A stretch of 56,030 nucleotides of DNA, filler included, from Squatina squatina (lineage: Eukaryota): NCBI GenBank assembly GCA_031763465.1. It is 3 parts of 3 records of this genome, joined end to end, with 100 filler letters (N's around TTAATTAATTAA, not from the genome) between each part and the next. Parts side by side here need not be neighbours in the genome. Positions count along the whole stretch, not along the records: positions 41,011 to 56,030 come from JARFOE010000001.1; 2 more parts are not named here. One strand, given 5' to 3'. Position 1 is the stretch's first letter. The number at the start of each line of letters is the position of its first letter. Of the stretch, positions 48,640 to 56,030 are shown piece by piece. The position numbers and the translations under genes were made by a program. The notes below the pieces were generated by a model. That model was not told the origin of the DNA, made no database searches, and was given only the letters and a program-made list of their open reading frames with translations.

Positions 48640-48737
48640 GATTTTTATTGGGAAGGGTATCAAGCGAAATGGAGTTGAGGTACAGATCAACCATGATCTG
48701 GCTGAATGGCCTGCTGCTGGTCCAAAGTTCCTATGCA
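48640..48737 (+). mobile_element. CR1 3' UTR fragment
   Basis: aagggtatcaag...tggagttgaggtacagatcaaccatgatct ggctgaatggcct...ttcctatg. Confidence 0.7.
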
Positions 48738-48921
48738 CCTCCTGCTCATTGGTGTAGGCACCTCTGTAGCACCTCTATTGGTATGGCCCGCTCGTCTTAA
48801 CTATGGAAATCACCCTCTTCCTGTGATTTGGAAAGAGGTGAATGTCATGAAGAGTTGGCGAGCAGAGGTGTCCCGCTCCCTTCCAATTCCGGCAGTCAGA
48901 AACCCTGTAATTTCAACCCTC

Positions 48922-49163
48922 ACAAGTTTAACATCAGTGTAAAGCAGTTTGGGCTTTGCATAGATATTACACTGGTGTCGTGTAAATGCAGAGTTAAGGC
49001 CTGACTTAATGGGAACAAGACAAAGTAGAGCGAGACTCCTTCTTGGCTGTCATCCTCCACTTCAGTTTGGAGCCAAGTCAAGCCTTGACTCCAGGTTTAG
49101 GCTTCACTCACAGTACAACTAAAGGTCTGATACCAAACCACTTTTCACTGATGCTACACTTGT
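48922..49163. repeat. About 240-bp imperfect inverted repeat (old palindromic DNA element)
   Basis: Outer arms acaagtttaacatcagtgtaaagcagtttgg / ccaaaccacttttcactgatgctacacttgt; inner arms gagttaaggcctgactt / aagtcaagccttgactc. Confidence 0.7.
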
Positions 49164-50049
49164 ATAAATGAACCATTAGCCAGTGCAGGGGAGCCCTGGA
49201 TTACACTACCTCTCCCTCCTGAGTGCTTGATTATATCACCAGATAGAAAAAAAAGTCAATTTCCCACTCTTGTCAGCATACATAGAAAGAAAAATATACG
49301 TAATTGTTTGGTAAAAGGAATATCAGCATTTCAGATGGCTTTTATTCTGTGATGATTAATTAAGGTTGGTGCTAGATGGTTTTGTGGAAGCGCTTGATAT
49401 ATCCTGTTTTCTCTTGTAGCATGTAATCCCCTGCATTATTCTGTGCACTGTTCTGAGTACATTGCAGACATAAACACTGAGCACTGTCTGGAAGAATAAA
49501 TAATGATTGGCATACTCATTGCTTGGTTTGCAATATCACAGGAGTGTGTGTAGTGCAAGTAATCATTGAATCATTGATCAGAAACCAAATAATTTGACAG
49601 TAAGTAGACATGAACTGTATTCCCCCCATCAGGAGCACATATTACGATTTCAAACATACAATTTCCGAGGAACATTAGGGGGGGAGCGGACGGAAATACC
49701 CAGCATGCACTCCCAGTGGGAAAACTCTGCACAGGGAGCACAGAGCCAAGAAATTGCCCCATAAGTTTCAATTCCGAACTGAACACTGAATACGTCTAAA
49801 TGTTCTTTATAGTTCCTGTTTATGAGAAGCTTGGTAGTTTTTATTTTATTTAGGACAGACTTTGCTAGGAACAATAACAAAGATAATTCCTTCCACATTG
49901 AAGTTTTCGGTTCACTACACTTTCAGTTAGGAGTTTGAATGCTGAGTTTCAAACGTTTCTTTTGACATAACCACCAGTTACTGCTGAATGAAGACTGAGG
50001 TGGACCGTTCAATTATCAGTTCTATTTCTCTTCTAAAAATTCTTGCCAG

Positions 50050-50196
50050 GAATTTCCTCGGGGCTTCTCCCGATTAGCCGCCGCAGCTTCGGCAGAAAAT
50101 CGGCGCTAACCCCAGATAAACTGCGAAAACGGGGGGCTTCTGCTAATCTTCCGATAAAGTGATGGCGGTCGAGCAGGAGAACTACTGAGCAAATTC
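50050..50196. mobile_element. MITE-like hairpin
   Basis: gaatttcctcggggcttctccc...ccgcc pairs imperfectly with ggcgg...ggagaactactgagcaaattc. Confidence 0.6.
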
Positions 50197-52074
50197 ACCG
50201 CCTTTGTGACCGCTCTGCATTCTTTGTCAATAGTGTCCTCAACTCCCATCAATTTGAGAAATCTGTTGCCTATCCAGTGGAATAAGTTATTTTGATGCAA
50301 AACTATTTTATGATAAAGCTCTTGTTCGTTAATCCTTCCACTATACTGGTTGTCAATTTGTCAGTGGGGGTCAGGATTACTGCAACTGGGAGCTACTGTA
50401 CAGAAATATTCCAACAATTTTCCCACCACATTAACCAAATAGAAAGGTCAAATGTTTTCACTGATTTTTTTCAGTGCGCTTTTATTAACTGCAATGATGG
50501 TGAATATGATTGGAAAGCAGATTCAAATAACAGTACTTTAAAGATATTTTCTTCACTGCCCCTTATTCTAAGTCTCCTCATGTCTGCCCCCATTGAGTAC
50601 GTGGGTGGGTGGCACAACCCCTGGCTTCTTTTCTCAGCCTGGCATAAGTGCACAGGTGTAGCTCAGGCTCTTACAGTTTGGGCACAACAGATTTTTTTTT
50701 AGGAATANNNNNNNNNNNNNNNNNNNNNNNNNNNNNNNNNNNNNNNNNNNNNNNNNNNNNNNNNNNNNNNNNNNNNNNNNNNNNNNNNNNNNNNNNNNNN
50801 NNNNNNNTATGAATTCCTTGCTGGTTTATGGTCTATAACAAATTTTAGGTAGTTTAGCATATGTTTGAGGGTGGGGAAAGGCAGCAGAGGTCTTAGTTCC
50901 CCATTGGTTTAGTGGTGGGCTCTATTCAAATCCTCCCCATAATTATCCCAACCTGGCTTTTTTGTGTTCATATGAGCCAATTGTTTATTTTACTTTCTTT
51001 CTTGATAACAGGAGAGGGATTGAGAGGGGCCTGAATTCATGAAGTCCCTACTTTTCACCTTTCCTTTGTGCTACTGTGTAGGCGTCACCTTACAATTATG
51101 GCCAATTCAAGGGCAACAGTTCACCTTGTTCTGAAAGTGTCTGTCAATGTGATGACATTTTCCGCTGCATCTGAGGCCAGGATCATTTGCAGCGGGATGA
51201 TTGGTTCTTTTCCCAAAGCCAGCAGTATCTTTCAGGATAGATTTATGCANNNNNNNNNNTAAACCTTAACTGTCCTGTGACCACCCCCTCATCCCCTCTG
51301 TGCCTCACCCCACCCTCCTGCACCCCCCGCAAAAGGAACAAAGTCTGGATAAATGCTCAGTTTGAACTGAAATCATTTTCTGTTTCAACCCAGTATAATA
51401 TCATCTCAAAGGGTTAATCAGCTGGAAGGTAAAAGAAGAGGAGAGGAAGAGAGTCCATCTTTTAAAATACTGACTATTCTACTTTAGCCCATTACGATCC
51501 AGAATGGACTCCTGTGAATCCTTTCATTTGGGGATAAAAGCAGTGNNNNNNNNNNGTAAGGGGTTTGGAGAGATATAACTTGTTGCTATGGTATTCTTTA
51601 TTATCTTTGTACTGAGGCTTATGTGTACCGAATGGGCAACTGCTTTAAAATAGGATTAACTGAAGTCAGGTTGTGGTTTTAAAGCTTTCCAGCTGTATCT
51701 CAAGTGGTTTAAAGTGGTTACTTTTATTTAGTTACTTTTCAAAAAGGACGATTACGACATTAAGTTCTGTAAAAGAAAAGTTGCTTCTAATAAGCTTGAG
51801 TTCTATTTCTTACTGCCTAGCTGGAACTCTTCTAACATATAATTTATCAAGCCTCGTAGTATAGATTTATAAAAAGGTGGCTATCACAGGACTAATTATT
51901 GTTACAGTTGGATTCCAGTAAGATGATTTTTATTCAACACTTTGCACTCGTGCTAACCTTCCTTTATAGCTTAACCATCTCATTCATTGGAAGTTAAAGG
52001 TATACTAATTAATTAAGGCAGTACAAAAACTGAAGGGCACTTGTTCTTGGAATATCTATACAAAACTGAAAGAA

Positions 52075-52243
52075 GAGATGGGTGACCACCAGGCAGAGTT
52101 GTAGGCACAGGCAGGTACTGCAGGAGTCCCCTGTAGCCATCCCCCTCTCAAACAGATATATCACTTTGAAGACTTTTGGGAGGGGATGGCCTCCCAGGGG
52201 AAAGCAGCAACAGCCAAATTCGTGGCACTACGAATGGCTCTGC
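52075..52243 (+). mobile_element. CR1 LINE ORF1 fragment
   Basis: WVTTRQS...RQVLQESPVAIPLSNRY.TL (CR1 ORF1 LxNRY/F motif); runs into gap. Confidence 0.75.
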
Positions 52244-52399
52244 NNNNNNNNNNNNNNNNNNNNNNNNNNNNNNNNNNNNNNNNNNNNNNNNNNNNNNNNN
52301 NNNNNNNNNNNNNNNNNNNNNNNNNNNNNNNNNNNNNNNNNNNATGTTTTATAATTGCTATTTACCTTTTTACTCAGTCTTATTTGGCCTATTTTACAG

Positions 52400-52487
52400 G
52401 GAACGATTTTCTTGCCTGGAAATAATGTCACGGAGCATTCGTATAATGGAGATGAGGCCAGGAAGTTCCTTTTTGAAATTGTGCCAG
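52400..52487 (+). CDS. ARHGAP24: Internal coding exon of Rho GTPase-activating protein 24 (FilGAP), PH domain
   Basis: tttggcctattttacag|88 nt|gtaaga, phase 0 to 1. GTIFLPGNNVTEHSYNGDEARKFLFEIVP(G) matches recalled human ARHGAP24 GTIFLPGNKVSEHPCNEENPGKFLFEVVPG better than ARHGAP22 or ARHGAP25. Confidence 0.9.
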
Positions 52488-55436
52488 GTAAGAAACAGTT
52501 TTGCTCTGATGGCCATGTTGTGAGCTTACCAAATGCCACACAGGAGAGGTCAAAGTTCAATACTTCCGAAATAAAACACTGCTGTCATATCCGAAATATA
52601 TTGAACGGAAAGGGTGAGTTTGCATGTTCTTTCAGCTAGGGGATGTAGAGCCGGCTCGAATAGATGAATAACACTCAGATTATGACCAAAAGGAAAAAAT
52701 ATATATTTCCCAAGCAATTGGAATGCTTGGTATCCCAGCTGGAGGAAAGGTTTGAAAATAGCGACAGCTGTGGTAGCTGCAGAATCCATGACCGAATCAT
52801 AATTAATGCATCATACTGTGAGCTGATCAGCTGTGGTGAACTTTGCATAACACTAAATTTATTTTAGTGGCCTAAGGTAAGAATTATTGCAATTGCCCAG
52901 TGTATATCACCATTATATAGTCACTTGTATCAGTTTATTGTGAATTGGTTAAAGGGATTTTGTTCATATTTTGTTAAGAACACCTAAAAGTGCTGCTGAT
53001 TTCATTTTAAAGGATTTACTTTTACCCAGGTTAATCTTTTGAAAAATTTAACCCTAAAAAATCCCACACTGAATTGTAATGGTGTGACAATCAAACACCT
53101 AACCTTGTAGATCTGATTCTGTCAATTAACTACAAGTATAGCCATAGTTTATATGGTAAAATCATACCTATACACGCACTGTAATCATTGCTAAACATTG
53201 AATGATAGATAAATGGGTATTGTTGCTTTTTCAGGGAGTTTTCAGGCTGGTTTGGTCATAGGAACAGCTTTTTATGAAAACAATATGATCTGTTAAGGGG
53301 GTGAAATTCTCCTAGTGCACCGAAAGTGCATTAAATGGAAATTATGCTTTCTCTTGTGTTAGTGTACTTGCAGGAACAACCTTATCCTGTGTGCTTTCAG
53401 AAAGGTCGGGTGCACGGGAATACATAAAAGTAACAAACAACTGAGTGTCTAATCTAAAGGTACTTGCAGGAACCCTGCCTAGCTGGCTAAACAGTCACTA
53501 ACCGCTATAAATAGTGCACTGTGGGCCAATGTCGCTGCTGGTTACACAGTATCTGGGGGAAATGGAGGAACGGTGCGGACAACAGAAACTATCATTATCA
53601 GATAAAAATCTGCAAGTCATAGTTGCTGGCAGAGGGGAAGAAGAACTGCTCTGTACATGGCAGTGGAGGGATGGGGGTTGTGGGTGGGAACAAGTTATAA
53701 CTCACCAATAACAAGATGGTCAAATGGGTGTTGAGCCCCAAACGACTCAACCTGCCTAAGTCTTATGCTGTTGCCTGAAAGGAGCCTATGGCAGTAAGGT
53801 TGGGTGCCATCGTTACTTTTACCATTCTTGTCATTGTGATGCTGATGTTGTTTTCCAGCTACAGGAAATGGCACACTTTCAGTTGTCTGCTGGCACAGCG
53901 TTCCTTACTGAGGTTGAGGTAGTTCTGCCATCTCTGGTAGCCACGTTTCTATGAGTGGTAACAGTTCTGTTTATCCTCCTTCTGTAATCTCCCTGGCACC
54001 ACCCCCCCTCCCACCCCTATGTTGCTGCTCCCCCTCATCCAATGCATCCAGCATCTTAAAACATGTTGATTCATCTGCACTGCCACTGAAGAGTCTTCCG
54101 CTCTGTTTCCAACCTCTTGCCCCTAAGCACCACGTTTACAGTGGTCATTGTTAATATGGGCTGTAGCTAAGTGTGAGCAAATTTATAGGTTTCCCCTGTA
54201 AAAAAAAATGCACGAATCTGGATTACTCCTTGGTTCAATTCTAGANNNNNNNNNNNNNNNNNNNNNNNNNNNNNNNNNNNNNNNNNNNNNNNNNNNNNNN
54301 NNNNNNNNNNNNNNNNNNNNNNNNNNNNNNNNNNNNNNNNNNNNNCTGCGCTTTGTTTCCATAGCCAAGATGGAAAGTGTGCCTCCTGCCTCCTTTATGC
54401 TTTGCATGGAAAAAAAAAAGCCTGAATACACGCAAGAAATTCAATCCAGACATGGTTGACCATTCCGTCAACCAACTGGATAGCAATTAGTGCTGGGTCT
54501 GTGGAGGAAAGACCATCTGCTACCATTTGGCATGTCTTGGCTAGTGGTGCATAGAGTGTGTTATTGTCTCCTCTCTCAGCGAGCAGAGTTGGCAGTTGGC
54601 CACGAGGTCTGATGTCTGTACAAAAAAATAGAGGACACGGGCTGAATTAATTTTGAAGCATTGCAGAAATTGCTAAAACCGATCTTTAGTCATCCTGAAG
54701 GTTCCATAGGCTGCAGTTTTAATAGTTTTCTGATGCAGTTTCAACAAAATAAATGAGAAGGGCATGCAATATTGGTGAAAACAGCAAGGCGAAATGGTAC
54801 ACGAATAGAGAAATGCTGGATGGCCAAATTAGCTTTCTTAGTAAATAGATTTTCCTGGTGTGATTTGGCAGGCTGCAGTTACATGTTTGCTGCCTGCTGT
54901 GAGTTACTGTTTAGCAGCATCCTTCATCTCTGCTTTACATCGCTGTGCTGCAATTGGGTAGTTTCTTGAGTGAGTATNNNNNNNNNNNNNNNNNNNNNNN
55001 NNNNNNNNNNNNNNNNNNNNNNNNNNNNNNNNNNNNNNNNNNNNNNNNNNNNNNNNNNNNNNNNNNNNNNNNNNNNNGTGCTTCTGACACTGAGATTGCT
55101 GATGCGACATCTGACATTAAATAGAGTTGATGTCTTCTGAAACTATTGTGTGGGTCATAATGTCAGTCTGAAATGTAGTTAATGCTAATGGAGGATCAGA
55201 GAGCAGATCAAATGAAGGCTGGTAAAATTAACAAAGATCAAAGAGAAGCCTGAGGCAGATAAATACAGTGAATTGTCAAACTGTCCTGACCACTTTACCT
55301 TGTTTATCTGATCGAGTTGCTGTCAATGCCATGTGGGAGACATAGCTTTTATTTGATTCTTCAGTAAACTGCATTTCTGTGAGGTATTTCATTGGTAGAG
55401 TGCGCATATGTTACGGTATCAGTTAATGCAGATGAT

Positions 55437-56030
55437 GGGCCTGAAATCGTGGTCCCTATGGGTGCGTAAAAGGTGCGCACATGCCTGTAGGGGCTACGCA
55501 GCTTCCGAGTTTAAGGATGCAAAGCGCATGCACCTAAACCCTGAACTTGCAATCTGTCAAGAATCCTCATCCGGGAGAAAAGAGCCCCTGAACTTCTGCC
55601 CAGCAAAAGCCTGTGAAATTCCTACGCTGGTAAAAGCAGACATAAGGCCTGCTTTTACCAGCGTAAGAATTTCAAAAATATAGAAAAATAGAATTTTATC
55701 ACTTATTCATATGTTTAAAAACCCTGTCCATTAAGGTAAGTTTATTTTTAGGCCTGTTGAAACATATTAAAAAAAATTCCCCCAAAAAACTTTTGTATAA
55801 CATATATTTAATTAAATTGCATTTTAATTAATATTAAATATGTAAACTTTTTTCATTTATTTAAGGGCCCTGAAAGTGCACACGTACCCGTAGGAACCCC
55901 ACAAGTTCCGGGTTTAGGGCTGCGAAGCACATGTGCCTAAACACAGATGTTGCGATCTGTCAGGATTTCTCGATAGATTCAACACATCCTCGGGAGAAGG
56001 GCCTCCGCAGGTGGAGGCTTGGGCTATTTG
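55437..56030 (+). mobile_element. Two consecutive copies of a Harbinger/MITE-like left end
   Basis: gggcctgaaat (55437) and gggccctgaaa (about 55864), each followed by ttccgRgtttaRgg...cctaaac...ttgcRatctgtca...cgggagaa. Confidence 0.55.

Noticed and set aside
52005-52017. ctaattaattaag as a third spacer
   Set aside because: Not N-flanked and not identical to the 12-mer; natural AT-rich sequence.
2102-55077. ORFs containing runs of X
   Set aside because: Artefacts of translating through N gaps.
1-56030. Prokaryotic or phage system (CRISPR, retron, DGR, defence operon)
   Set aside because: No gene-dense region or repeat-spacer array; the RT motifs belong to decayed vertebrate LINEs (RTE, CR1).

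Overview
This is vertebrate DNA, not prokaryotic. The repeat complement (CR1 3' tails, L2, RTE, Tx1, Penelope-like, Deu-domain SINEs, Harbinger-type MITEs) points to a cartilaginous fish, probably a shark (inference). The window is three pieces joined by an artificial spacer (44 N + TTAATTAATTAA + 44 N at 28902-29001 and 40911-41010). Piece A (1-28901) is gappy, repeat-rich and has no confidently identified gene. Piece B (29002-40910) is gap-free and holds the 3' half of a minus-strand single-pass receptor gene that the ORF track almost entirely misses: a TM exon, 53- and 38-nt micro-exons and a last exon with an ITIM (ITYATL) plus an apparently decayed second motif (SLCAEG). It reads as an inhibitory immune-type receptor; no ectodomain exon was found on the contig. 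Piece C (41011-56030) contains one 88-nt PH-domain exon of ARHGAP24 on the plus strand. Almost all listed six-frame ORFs are spurious or retroelement debris. No rRNA, intact tRNA, CRISPR array or operon-like system is visible. Repeat family calls are from pattern recognition without a database search, and most repeat boundaries are approximate.
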